Assembly (NCBI RefSeq): GCF_009834535.1
Contig: NC_045712.1
Location: forward strand, 43,400,001 to 43,464,000
DNA from: Camelus ferus
Taxonomy: Eukaryota
DNA: 64,000 bases
Direction of reading: 5' to 3'
In this document: positions 13,648 through 27,600 of the stretch, piece by piece
Layout: each line of letters begins with the position of its first letter
How positions within the stretch are numbered: position 1 is the first letter of the stretch
Program-made: the position numbers and the translations under genes
The notes under the pieces: model-generated
Databases searched by the model: none
Told to the model about the DNA's origin: nothing
Seen by the model: only the letters and a program-made list of their open reading frames with translations

Positions 13648-16600
13648 GAGGAGGAAGGTTCCCTGGAGGTGGAAACACTGGACAGCGGAGAAGAGGAGCA
13701 GGAGACTGAAGCCTGTGCCCGCGGGGCCAGCGAGGAGCCTGGGGGCCCATGGGCAAGGGGCGGAGGGATGCACCCCAGAACAGCCCCACCAGCTGGAGCA
13801 TTTACATCAGATCTTCGTGACCAAGAACCACGTCCTGTGCCAGGAGGTGCAGAGGAATTTCGTGGAGCTTTCCAAGTCTACCAAGGCCACCAGCCACTAC
13901 AAACCCTTGGAACCCAATGTCCACAGACTCCAGGACCTGAAGGATGAGAACTTTCCACTGTTTGTCACCTCCAAGCAGCTGCTCCTCTTGCTTGATGCTT
14001 CTCTGCCCAAGCCATTTTTCCTGAGAAATGAAGATGGCAGCTTGAAGAGAACCATCATAGGATGGTCCACGCAGGAAGAGCTGACCATCCCCAACTGGCA
14101 GGAGGAGGAGGAGGAGGCCGAGGCAGAGGAGGGCTACGGCGAAGAGGAGAAGGCTGCAGAAACGCGGCCGTGTGACAGCGACCCCCGGGTGTTTGTGACA
14201 TATGAGGTGTTCGCCAATGAAATATGGCCAAAAATGATTCAAAGGGAAAACCTCCTACAACCCCGCACTGATTTGGAAGGAAATAAAATCTTTTCTGAAG
14301 GGATCTTTTGAGGCTCTCAGCTCCCCCAAAGGGAGACTGACAGAAGAAGCATATAAGAAATTAGGGCGGAAGCGGTCCCCCAATTTCAAGGAAGACCGGA
14401 GCGAGATCTACGTCCTCTTCTGCCTGTATCAGCAGATCAGGTCTCAGAAAGGTTACTTTGATGAAGAGGATGTCCTCTACAACCTGTCCCGGAGACTGTC
14501 GAAGGTCAAGGTGCTCCCGTGGTCCATCCACGAGCTCTATGGTGATGAGATCCAGGACTTCACCCAAGCCGAGCTGGCGCTGCTGATGAAATGCATCAAT
14601 GACCCCAACGCCATGTTCCTCACCGGGGACACGGCCCAGACCATCATGAAGGGCGTGGCCTTCCGCTTCAGCGACCTGCGCTCCCTGTTCCACTACGCCA
14701 GCAAGAGCACCGGTGACAAGCAGTGTGCCGTGCGGAAGCCTAAGAAGATCCACCAGCTGTACCAGAACTACAGGTCCCACTCGGGTATGTCGGTGCCTTG
14801 GGCTTGCCTGTGAGGGAGGTGCTTGGGCACTGACCTTGGGCTGCTTTTGAAGCTGTGGTCCAGCTTTTGTCAGGCCCTTGACCCAGCTGGAATAAGGACA
14901 CTGTTTTGGAGTTTGTTAGTGGTTACCCTCATGAAAAAGAGATCTTTTGATTTCTGCCAGTACTTACTCTTAGGCTGATCATTTAGGCTGTGGTTAAATG
15001 GAAGTGGACCTTTAAGTTATTACATCTTAAGGTGTTGGCCATGGTATGAAAACATCTCAGGGGAACGTTTAAACTGCTTGAGAACTTTTGTTACAGCACT
15101 TTGGAACTACGTGCTTATGCAAGATAAAGTAATTCACCAATTACAAATCATTAATCCTGAAAGCAGCTTTTCTCCCAAGGAGAAGCAAGAAAAGGCAGGT
15201 GGGAGGTGGTGGGAGATGACACACACTCAGGCGCTTTTGATTTGCATCTCACTTGTGCCTCTCCTCTGTGCCAAGCACGATGCTGAGCACATATAGTACC
15301 TGCTTTTAATCCTCACAACAATCCTACAAAGTAGGCGTCATTCCCATTTTATGAAGACACAGAGGGTTGAAATAGTGGGACACTAATGCCAGAATATTTC
15401 CTTTATCATTTATAGAATGCTCACTGTGTTCTTATGCTGCTATCGTACTATCTTACTGTATTATCAGACTTCTCCAGTGACTCTTTGTGCTTTTGATTGG
15501 AATTTCATTCAATTTCTCAGTCTTTGGGAAGAATTCACATCTTTACATTATAGGGATTTCTGAACCTCGGCATATTTCTCTATTTAGATTTTTTTTTTTT
15601 ACTGCCTTTTGTGATACTTTATAATTTTCCCCAGACATTTTCCCCAGCAGTTAGATTTGTCCTGGGGACCTTATACTTTTTGTTATAATCATAGCTATAC
15701 CTTTTTTCTCTTTTTATATTTTCCAGTCACGTCTTACTGGTAGAGAGGAAAGCTGCTGGTTCTTGTATGTTGATCTGGTGTCTCACAATCTTGCTGAACA
15801 CTCCTCCTACTTCTGCCTCTTAGAGGTTGGCATGTTGGTGCAGATAAGGGCAGTTTTCATCTTCTTTCCTATACTTGTCATTTCTTTTTCCTGTCATATT
15901 CCTGTGTTATTCCTGAAGTTAATGGGAATATTTCTAACATTTCAGTATTTATGCCTGATGTAGGTTTTTGTTGTTGTTGTTTTGGGGGGTGTGGGTAATT
16001 AGGTTTATTTAGTTATTAATTTTTAATGGAGGTAACTGGGGATTGAACCCAGGACCTCGTGTATGCGAAGCAAGCACTCTACCACTGAGCTATACCCTCC
16101 CCCTGGTGTCTCTTTTTCTAGATACATTTGGTAGGCTATAGTCTGATGGTGAGAGAAAACACACACATCCCAAACACACATATACGCATACACATACACA
16201 CTCGCCCACGTACATACATCCAGTGTAAAATTAGATTAAAATTCTGATTTGTGTAGCCAAGGATTCAGAAAAACGGTCAGAGAAGCCAGGTGGCCTCCCA
16301 GAGTGCAGCATGTACCACACAGCTCAGCCCGGTTTCCAGGGCTCTCAAAGTCTCCTGATGTTGCTTGTCCATCACAGGGTCTGGTTGCATCTGAGCAACT
16401 CAGCTTCGTGGCCTTCTGTGGTCTTCCACTTGTGTTGTGTGGGAAGAACTGGCCCAAGGAACTTGATGCTCTTAATAGGAATTTTTAGTCGCCGCCCTTC
16501 TTTCATCCGTTCAGGAAGCATTTATAGAACTCCTATCCCCCAACACTGTTGGAGGGGTCGGGTGACCAAAACCCACATTTCTCTGTCCTCAGGACATGGC

Positions 16601-19600
16601 TCTGGAAGGCACCCCCTTTTTCGTTGTTGGATCCTGTGGAGAGGACCTAGCACGAGCAGTTGAATGAGCCCCTTATTCTGATGTGTACCCCTGGTTCAGC
16701 ACCACTGGTATAGGGACAGCAGCCTTTATGATCAGCAAAGTAGAGAATGGCGAAGGGAATTGTTCCTGCAAACTGAATTTTTTTTTTAAATTGCTGTGCT
16801 AAGCAACCCACACAGATGATTACTGCGTAAACCCCATCTCCCACCTCCTCTCTTAGTTGTTGTTTTTGGTGGCTGGGAGGTAATTAGGTTTATTTATTTA
16901 TTTTTAGAGGAGGTACTGGGCATTGAACCCAGGACTTCATGCATGCTAAGCATGCACTCTGCCACTTAAGCTATGCCCTCCCTCCACCTCTTCTCTTAGG
17001 ATGGAGGGAAGGCTGTGTGATTTCTGTGTATAGAACCAGAAAAAGCCCCAATAAGATGTGCTAGAAAACACATAAAATGTTAAAAAAAAAAATTCAAGCT
17101 CCCTGTAAGGCTGCTAACAACTAACATTTTGTTTTATTTCCTCCTGATCTTTTTACTTATACATATATGCATTTATCACACTCATGTATGTATTTATTGA
17201 TTATGTAGTGAATATATGTTTAGTGAATATTTCCCCATTTTTTATTCTTTAAATTGAGATTCACACAGCATAACATTCATCTGTCTAAAATGTGCAACTT
17301 GGTGGGGTTTTTTAAATAATATATTCATGAGGTTGTGCAATCATAACCACTATCTAACTCCAGAACAGTTTTGTCACCCCAAAAAGAAACCCTAAAACCA
17401 TTAGCAGTCTCTCCTCATTCCCCTAACCCTGTGAACTACCAGTCTACTTTCTAGATTTGCCTATTCTGGACATTTCTGATAAATGGAATCATGCAACATG
17501 TGACCTTTTATACCCATCTTCTTTCATTTCACATCATGTTTCCAAGATTCTTCCGTATTATAGCCTATGTTAGTACTTCAAGTTTTTTGTGGCTGAATCA
17601 TCCTTTATTCTTTGAGTATGTTTATATAAAATAATTTATGTAGTTCCCTAGAAGGTCCTTTAAGTGGATTCCAGTTTTTCACCACAGTGAACACTTATGT
17701 GCCTTTTTCTGATTCTTTCATTAATGTAAATCTCTGAACCACAATATCAGCTGAGTTAGATTAGATTCAACAGTTTCAACTTGTGCTTTCAATTTCTTTA
17801 AACTGTGTACTTTTGATAATAGTAGCCCTGGATGATGAAATTTCCCTTTACTCCTTGATAACTGCAATGGGGACACATGTGCCCATTTCATAGTATTCTA
17901 TCTGGTGTCGAGCAAACGGCACAGGGCCCCTGAGAATAGTGGGAGACCCAGGATGGTCTGTGTTCAGACCAGCTTCAAATCCTGACACTTGGAGGTGTTT
18001 CCTAACTTCTCGGACCTCAGCGTCTCTGTTTGCAAAAGTGGGGTTGTCTGGTCTGTCTCATCGGGCTGTTGGGAGGATTAAAAAGGGATGATTTTTAGGA
18101 AGGTGCCTGTTGTACAGTCAGCATCACTGTCGATGTTACTTCAGTGCTTAGACAAAAATGGGACCCAGGGAGAAAGCTCAATGGAAAGTTCTTTATCCAG
18201 TGTGACAGTTTTTCTTAGTATAGTCCTGTCTCGGCTGGGAATACACCTGGCAGAAAGGGTGATGTCCCAGCTAACATCCAGCACTGCTCTTACCAGGTAA
18301 CGTCTCTGGTGCGCTAAATACCAATGACAGGGGATGGAATAACTTGCTTTTTTACCGTCTACATTAGCCGCCTGTATTGGCATTCTAACAGCTCTAATTG
18401 TTTAGATTACATTTCCGCCTTGACTCTTCTTCATGAGGTAATTTTCTCTAACACGAATATAGGTCAGGAATGAGATTGTACAAAACCTTCGTGCTACAGC
18501 AAACATGCCTCTGTCTTCATCTACTGCACCCAGAATAGTACAGCTCGGCGCCAAAGGGATCATCTAATAGGATCTGGAAATGGGCTTGCAGCTAGCTGTA
18601 TGTACCATCAGGACCAATGCTGCCTCTCAGGAAAAACAAAACAAAACCAAACCCAAAATAAGAAAACAAAATACAAGAAACCCAGCCATGCTGTCATGTT
18701 GTATGTTACATGTTTTTTGTTTTATCCCAGGAATCCTCAATCTGGCATCTGGAGTGATAGATTTACTTAAGTTCTATTTCCCGGAATCTTTTGATCGCCT
18801 TACAAGGGATTCTGGCCTCTTCGATGGTCCCAAACCAATTGTCCTGGAGTCTTGTAGTGTGAGTGACTTGGCAATATTGCTTCGAGGCAACAAAAGGAAA
18901 ACCCAGCCCATCGAATTTGGAGCCCATCAGGTGAGTTTCTTGAGATTGTATGTTTTTAAATAAAAGGCGAAGTGGGGAGGGTACAGCTCAAGTGGTAGAG
19001 TGCATGCTTAGCGGGCACAAGGTCCTGGGTTCAGTTTCCCAGTACCTTCTTTAAAAATAAATAAACCTAGTTACCTCCCCACCTCCACTAAAATAAAATA
19101 AATAATTTTTTTAAATAAAATAAAATAAAAGGCAGTTTGTGATTGAAAAAAGTTTTGAGAAGCTGAGTCATTCCACCAGGTAGAACTCAATAGCCCCTGT
19201 TCCAAAATGAGGAAGTTTCCGGGATGGGTGAGTGACTAATTGTTATTCACAGTCCCACCAGCCTGGCTGACCAAGTCCACACCGGTACTTCTCTTCAAAG
19301 ACATTCTCTGCCTCCCATAGAAATCGACTCAGTGTTACTAGATTTCTCTTTCTACAATTTGATGTTTTTTCTCTTCTATTCCCTCGCTTTTTTTTCCCCC
19401 CTCAGGTGATCCTTGTAGCCAATGAAATGGCAAAGGAGAAAATTCCAGAAGAGCTGGGGTTAGCACTTGTGCTAACAGTTTATGAAGCAAAGGGCTTAGA
19501 ATTTGACGATGTCCTCCTTTACAACTTTTTCACTGATTCCGAGGTATGTCATTCTGAGTTCTTTTCCCACAGTGCATGTATCTGTATGAGCTACCCTTCC

Positions 19601-21608
19601 ACTCCTGGGAAGAGAATTTGGAGCTGAGTCGAAAAGAGTTTGTCACAGGTGCCTGTTTCTGTTTTGGACCATTGTCCATTTGGTGTGGGGCTCTTTGTGT
19701 GTTTGGATGTGGGTTTTGACAAGGGCTGTGGGTTGCTCCGCAGTGTCTCATGACCTGGTTCTTCCCATGCCCTGCCCTTCCCTGCTCTCTTGTATTCATC
19801 TCTTCTCAAGGCCTGGTACCCAAGTGCCAGCTTCCGGTTTTCCCTACGACTGTTATTCTTGACTCCCGAGGATGCTCGAGTTGGAGCAAGCTCTAATGAG
19901 AGCCTTACAAATGAAGGCAAGGTTAGCAGTGTCCACCTGGCGAGGACAAAACTGGGCAAGGTCATCCCTAGAGAGAGTGAACTCCGGGAAGACAAATGAG
20001 CCTTGGTTCCTGCCCCCGGGATCAGGTAACGCAGGAGACCAGAACAGCCGCCCCGCCTGAGCTTCCTTCCGGCATGGCTTCGCCACCACTGCTTGCAGGC
20101 AATGGCAGCCGGAGAGTCCCTGGACTGACAACTCAGTGACCTCTGTGCCAGCCTGTTGTCTCAACTTGGCTCCTGAGTGCTGGTGACAGTCTTTCTCCTC
20201 CAGCTCAGTACATTACGGGGAGAGCCACCAACTCAAGGCCATTGTCCTCAGTCTCCTAGCCACTGGTGTCTCTTCACCACCGTCTTTGATGGGGCTCAGG
20301 CTGGCTGCTGACTGTGGGGTGGGGTCTTCTTTGGGGACCTAGTTGGCTGTGCCCGGGTCCTCGTTGCAGATGTCCCACTGCACATGGCGCGTGCTCGAAG
20401 GGGCTATTTTCATACCCAAGTCAGGAGCACTCTTAGCTTTGACTCCCTAAAAATCTGCCCCAGAACTAACCCTTTGAATGGAGTCCATATTTTTCTTTTG
20501 TCTAGTCTTTTAAAAAATGTCACGTTTGCCTTGATAATACCTACAACTAATATTGCTACGGGCACTTTACAGTTTATAACGTGCTTTTTTAATACATTGT
20601 CTCAGTTCATCCTCCACTGACCCTCTGAGGTTGTATTTTTATTACCCCCATTCTACAGATAAGGCCAGGGGTCATGGACATTAAGTAAATTGCCCATAGT
20701 CATAATGTAGGTGCCAGAGCCTGGAGATGAAGTCAGATGCTCTGAGTTCTAAATCTCATGATCTTTCCCCTAAAATTCCTTCCTTTTAAAGCCCTGCATG
20801 CAAATCGGCTGCCAGAACCTTCCACAATGAATATATCATGGCCATCCCTTAAGTGCATTCCTTTTCTATTGGCTTTTGCTAATAAAATGAGATACATTCT
20901 CATTAATCCTGGAACCATTTTTAATCTCTGAGGACTAACTTTTTTTTCTCATAATACATCCATTGGTCATGGTTGGACCGAGGCTCTCCTAAAAGAGGAA
21001 GGGGTAAGACTTTGTTGTTCCTGTCTTTTATGAAGTGCCAGTTGTATGCTTGTGCTCGTTAGAAGCTCCAGGAGCTCTGGGCTGATACATTGGTAACTTG
21101 TGGTCAACTCTGTGTGTGAAAGAAAAATCTGGTTATTCTCTCTAACCTTGACCCTAGCACGGCAGAGTCCTGGATGCCTTGACCCTAAGCTCCCACCAAT
21201 GGCTCAGTGAGTTGCATGAAATTAAAACAATGACCAATTGGATCTTTTGTAACATCCCCTTCATCCTATGTTTATAATCTCGATATGATGCTTCCCAGTT
21301 GCCATGGGAGTAGAGTCATGCATTCCCCAGCGCAAAGCACACATTCAGTTTATCATTTACAACCCCAAGACCAAAAGGCATCAGTGCAAATGGAAGTAGA
21401 TGCTTTAGTCCAAGGAGAGGAGAGACAGAGGTCACTGAAGTCCCCAGTTGTCCTGGTCTGGCTGCTCACATGGGGTTTCTTTCAAGGTGAAGGCTGCTGA
21501 ACAGTTTGCTATTTGAGGCAGATGGACTGAGGCAAGCACCTCTCTCCATCCCTGGACTCGTCTTCCACCCATGTGTCTAGCAGGCTCACTCTGTGTGTGT
21601 GTGTGTGT

Positions 21609-21640
<32 letters not shown>

Positions 21641-24600
21641 AGGGGCTTCTTGTTGCCCTGACCTGTGAGTCTTCTCTTCAAAGGATCCATAACATCGTGA
21701 TCTATCCCCTAATTAGTCAGTAGGAGAACCGTTCCTATTGAGGAGATGGTGTTTAAAGCACTTAACCTAGTGTTTATATAGTTTAAGTTACAGAATAACT
21801 GAAGGGAGGTGAAGAACTCTACCTACCCCGCCTTTCCATCATCCTTGAAAGGCTACAGAGGTAGAGAATAGCATCATTTTATAAACAGAAAAGAACAGAC
21901 TAGGAGAGCTGACCACCTACTCCCTCCGACACACTAAAGTATGAAATCTGAAATTTCATGGGAATCCTTGACTCTAAACACTGCACGTCCTCTGGGCACT
22001 TTTGCCTCCTTAGGGTCTGCAAACTTAAGTCCTGGCAGCCAGATCCAGCCTGCTGTCTATTATTTTTGTGTGGCCTGTGAGCTCAGAATGGTTTTTACAT
22101 TTTTAAATGGTTAAAAAAGAATCAAAAGGAAAATAATATTCTGTGGCATGTGAAAATTACATTCCATTCAGTTTTAGCATCAAGAAATAACGTTCTATGA
22201 GGTCCCTGCACGCCCATTCATTTACTACGGACTGTGGCTGCTTTTGCTCTACAAGGGTGGAGTGGAGTAGTTACAAGGGAGACCCTACCCACAAAGCAAA
22301 AAGGAGTCATTATCTGACCCTTGACCAAGAAAATTTGCAGACTCTGGTCTACAAGTCACAGTGGTTCTGTGGCTTGATTTGGATAAAGGGAAAAATGGCT
22401 AAAATATGAAGTCTTTCTCAAGCATGGTGTGGACACTTCACATTGATTATCTCCTTTCATTTCCCAACAAACCTGGGTCATTCTATCATCCCGGTTTTAC
22501 AGAAAAAAATGAGACCTAGAAGAAGCAAATAAATATTTGGTCAAAGTCACATAGCTCATAAGTAGGTGAACTGTGCCATGCTGTGTTCTCTCTGAGCCCA
22601 GAGTCCATCTTGCATAGTGTACCCCAAGGCTCCCGAATTTCTCCATCCTTGGTTGAATCATTTAGTTTGGACAGTTTGTCCCATGTGTCTTAATGACTGA
22701 GCCTTAAACATGTTGTGAGAAGAGGTGAGGACGCTGGTTTCCTCTCTCCATCTGCTTGTGGAAATGCTTGCAGCGAGCACTTTGGGCCCTGAGCCTTCCC
22801 CCTGGAAGTGAGCACGTGTGCCTGCTTCGCGGCTGTCTTGGCCCAGCGTCTGGGGCTGTCTCCCCGGTAGCTGCCCTGATCCCTGCCTGGGCCCCGACCC
22901 CCACTCTGAGGCCACAGGACGCCCCCTCCTCATGGCTGGGGCTGAAGGCCTGGCCCCCATGTCAGGAAAAGGGGGCTCAATTCTCCGCAAGGCCTGGGGA
23001 GGCTGGGTGTAAGCTTCAGAAGTGTATTCTGCTGGTCTTTAATGTGTCTTTGTTATTCAGGCTTACAAGGAATGGAAGATCATTTCCTCATTTACTCCTT
23101 CATCCTCCGAGTCCAGAGAGGAAAGCGGGCCACTGATTGAAGTGCCCCTGGAGAAACGCAGCTCCTCCCCGGGGCGCCATCTCACCATCAATCCAGAAAT
23201 GTACAAGGTGATTATCTGCCACTGGTCCTCACACTTACTTGACAGGGAGCCAGTAACCGAGACTTGGACAAGAAAATGAGGTTAGAGATGGAGCCTGTGC
23301 TGTGGGTCTTCCTGCTCATCAGCACTGGAGGGTGGAGGACAAGCAAGGGAACACGGGCATCTTAGCGTTGGGGACCCCTCTCCTCAGCAGAGAGCCGGGC
23401 TCGATTGATAGAGGTGCCCATGGGTAGGCTGCACCTCTGTTCACCTCTGGAACTTGGCTCTGTTCAGAAACTGTGACTGTTGTCTCCCAGCCTTGATTGT
23501 GCAGGGACCCGGCTCCCGGTCCCCTTGGCATCCCAGCTGCATCCTCAAGAAGGAGGCCAAAGCTATGAAGTTCTGTGGAGCTCTTGCCTAAGGGAGGCAA
23601 ATGGGGGCCTTGAGTGATCGCAACATCACAGAAAATCAAACCAGCAAAATCAAAACCTTTGGGAGAAGCTACTGTCCTAGTTTTATGTCTTATACAGAGT
23701 ACAAAACAAACAGAATAGCAGTTATCAGGTTATTTCTGTCAGTGCCAGGAAGGCTCTGCAGAAATAGATGTCAAATCACCGCCAAGCTATGCAAACCTCT
23801 GGATAGCCACAAATCCGTCATTGTTTTGAAATGTGCATTATTTCATCAAGGAGGCCCTCCCTGAGTTCAGGTCATCATCCCCTGAGACCGTCAGGCCTCC
23901 ATCGTCCAGTAGGTCAGGAGTAATTTAGTGCTGATGATAGTCACAACAGAGGAGACTGCTCCAGTTTTACAAAAGAAGTTACAGTGACTGAGTGGGATGT
24001 AACCATGGGGGTAAACGGAGTGAAAAGTTCATGGGACCTGTCTGCACTATCTTCCTATGAATCTATAATTATTTCAAAAGAGACAAGCACAGCAGACCCC
24101 ACGGTGGGTCTGGACTCAGGGCGCCCCTCTCTTGCTAGAGCTCCCTTTACCTGGGCTGCGGCCACAGTGAGCTCTCTGGTCCCGCTCATGCCTGTGCTGT
24201 CCTCCGTGAAATGTTGCACTTCTCCAAAATCCGAGTAAGCCTTTGAAGTGAGTCACACCGCACTCTAGACAGAGGGCTCACATCTTTGTCCTGTTCTCCT
24301 CTTTAGCTCCTGAACGGGGAGCTGAAGCAGCTGTACACGGCCATCACCCGGGCTCGGGTCAACCTCTGGATCTTTGACGAAAACCCAGAGAAGCGGGCTC
24401 CTGCTTTCAAATACTTCATGCGAAGGGATTTCGTCAAAGTTGTGAAAACGGATGAAAATAAAGGTCAGAGGTCATGAAAATATTCTGGTTGTCAGATAGA
24501 AAGCATGTTACTCTCAGCCACTCCAGGATCAGGTATAAAAGGGATAGTTTTTTGAAAGCACTATTCTGTCCACATTCTTCTGAGAAATGAGAATTTGTAT

Positions 24601-27600
24601 TTATCACTAAGGTGTGTGGGAGGCAGAGGTGGAAATGGGATTGGGAGGGTTAACTCCTTCAGGGAAGGTCTTTTATCTGTCCTTTGGAGGTGAGCATCCT
24701 GGACAAGGTTAGAGAGAATAGGCTCTGTTGTGGGGAGGCAAAATGGTGTGGGCTCTTGGACAGCTGATAGGTAATACCTATCCGGATAAAAAATGTACGT
24801 GCCTTTTGACCCAGTAATTCCACTTCTAGGAATCTATCCAGAGATACTAGAGTATTATCAAGGATACTATCCAGAGTATTTCAAGGACGTGTCTCAAGGA
24901 GACGTGCATGAGAGGGTTCACAGCCCTGTTTGTAATTATGAGAAACTAAAAACGGCCTAAGTGTTCATCAAGGTGCAGCTGTTTGCAGGGACTCCTCTGG
25001 TGCCGGGATGGGCGGGTGTGGGGTTGCTGATGAGATGTGGGCACTTTTTACCCTCCTGTGCTGTTTGCCGAGTTTCAAAAAAAAACACCCAACATCATCA
25101 TGAATTGTTTTCATAATTTGCAAAGGCTAGCTAATTAAAAAATGGAATGACGTTCTCCTGATAGCATAACTAGGGGAGAAATAATCAGCTCTCATGAGGA
25201 GATAACTGTTCTCTTTCTCGTGGGTTGGCAGTTGAGTTGGCTCCTCCAGGCCACGGTGAATTTCTCCAAGGATGAGGGGAAAGCTCAGGGCTCCGCGGCT
25301 GCAAAGAGGTTTGCTGGTTTCCTGAGCGTTTTCCAGCCAGTTTTAAGGAGGCTATTTCTGGTTACAGCCAATGGCGCGGCCAGGGACCAAGATCAGATGT
25401 TCTGTTCCTGGGACCTGACTGTATGGGCATAATGGGAAAAGTCAAAGTCTTGTGTTAACCGGGCTTCTCGTTAGAACTCTCCACCTGTGCAGCCACAGGG
25501 CATCATTCAGGGCCCACTTTCTTTCCCTGGGCCTCCTCTTCCTCGTTTAAGAGGAGAACGAGGGGGTGGCCTCCCAAGCTTGTTCTCATTCTTTCCTGCT
25601 GCTCAAACCTGTTTTATTCTTGAACTAGGTTCTGGCATTCGTTATAAAAGGTCATCAAGCTAAGCAGTTTTTGTTTTTTTTAATTAAAAAGTCACAATGG
25701 AAAAAAAAACAAATTTCTTCTGTATAGCACAGGGAACTATTCAATATCTTCATATTGAATATGACGAGAATCTTCAATATCTTGTAATAACCTTTAATGA
25801 AAAAGAATATGAAAACATTTATGTATATATATATGCATGACTGGAACACTGTACTGTTCAACCCCAGTACCTCCATTGAAATAAATAAGTAAATCTAATT
25901 ATCTCCCCCACAAAAAACAGCAACAACAAAAAGACACAAGAAAAAGTACAGTGGTAATTGTGAGTCATGAGTTGCACAGGGTAAAGTCTTTGAGGACATC
26001 TGTTTCCATGGGGAACTTGGGGTGCGTGGAGTGACTATGTCATTGAGGGTTTCTTCCATGTGGCACCAGCAGAGGTCACTGACCTGAGGCAGAGATACTT
26101 CGGGGCTTTGCTGTGGGAATAACGTGTCACCAGGGCACTCAGTGCACATGGTGTCAGGACAAGATGCTGCGAAGTCAGTTTTGCACACAGAGGTGGTGGA
26201 CAGCCAGCAGGGAGGGTCAGGCTGCAAGGATTCGTGTGTGTTTTTGCACCTTCTAAACAAAGCTGGCGTGTCCGCCTGGCTCCTCCAGTTGGCAACCCTT
26301 GGCCTGGGTGTCTCTGATTCGGCATCTGTGTTGTCTCGATACTCAGTCTTTCAGGTGTTTCATGAAGCTGTGACTCAGAATCTGCAGGGAGTGTCACCAC
26401 TGCTGATGACACTTAGAGGGTCTCAGGAGAGCGGGCCAGTACAGTCACCACGGGTTGGTGAGAATAGCAGACGGACCAGCAGCAGGTGATTGTCATGGTC
26501 TGTGTCCACCAACCAGAATGTGTCAGATGGCTTCCTGCAAGGAGGACAAAGTCTGCACATTTGGAAATACTGTAAAATTTTATCACCTTGTCCCTTGCTA
26601 AGGCCCTGGCATGGGAGTTTGTCAAGAGCTACATGGCTTTGGGTTTTCAAGGAAGAATTAGAACTTGGTCTGTCTTCTAACTCATAGCCATACAAAAGTA
26701 GACCAAAGCTCAAATACCAAATGGCATCCTTTCTCACACCCACCTCCTCCTTCCAAAATGCACCAGAACCTGGCTGGATAAGCTCTCCTCTATCTTACAT
26801 GAATACTAGACAGACAACATGGATGTGTTCTCGGGCTGCCAAACAAAGACTGGGTGGCTTACATAACAGAAGTTACTGTCTCACAATTTTGGAGGCTGGA
26901 AGTCCAAGATCAAGGTGCTGGTGGTTTGGTTTCTTCTCACGCCTATCTCCCTGGCTGTAATGATGTGTATGTGTTAATCTCCTCTTCTTATAAGGACGCC
27001 AGTCTGATTGGATTAGGGTCCACGCAACTGCCATGTTTTAACTTGATAATCTCTTTAAAGACCCTGTCTCCAAACACAGTTGAGTTCGGAGGGACTTGGG
27101 GGTTAGGGTTCAAAACTTGAGAAATTTTGTTGAGGCAAGGGTAAATTCAGCCCATAGCAACAGGTTTAAGTGAAGGATGCTCAGAGAGGCAAACCCACGT
27201 TTCTTTTTCATTTTAGACCTTGATGATAGCATGTTTGTTAAGACCTCAACCCCTGCAGAATGGATCGCACAAGGAGATTACTACGCTAAACACCAGTGCT
27301 GGAAGGTAAGGGGTGAGGTCTGCCTGCCCTGTGGCCTCGTCAGGCCTCCCAGATAGGGTTCTCATCACGGCATGTGTCACCAGGATGGGACAGGGGTCAC
27401 AGTGTTTGTGCTGCTGCTGCTTCTGAAACATCCGGGCCTGTCCCTCTGTCTCCTAGGAAGCTGTCATCATCCTGCATTTTAAAACAGTAACAGATTGGTC
27501 TGCCCTTTGTTTCTCAAACTGATCAGGCATGGACCTCACTGCCAATCTGAGTCTGGCGGGCACAGGTTAAGCTTTGTCTCCGGAACTGAGCTCACCGATT

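Noticed and set aside
12224-14780. Minus-strand and alternative-frame ORFs overlapping the giant exons (also 35811-38602)
   Set aside because: Shadows of GC-rich TRANK1 codon usage; no independent motifs.
18974-19050. tRNA genes (TAGCTCAGTGGTAGAG...GGTTCAATCCC) here and at 27820, 58505 and minus-strand copies
   Set aside because: All share a non-tRNA 3' tail, A-rich ends and TSDs, and differ by scattered substitutions: they are tRNA-derived SINEs.
25895-26760. Several 100-125 aa ORFs and two AP-1 sites in intron
   Set aside because: No recognisable homology or splice-consistent frame; TGA(G/C)TCA occurs many times elsewhere in the window.
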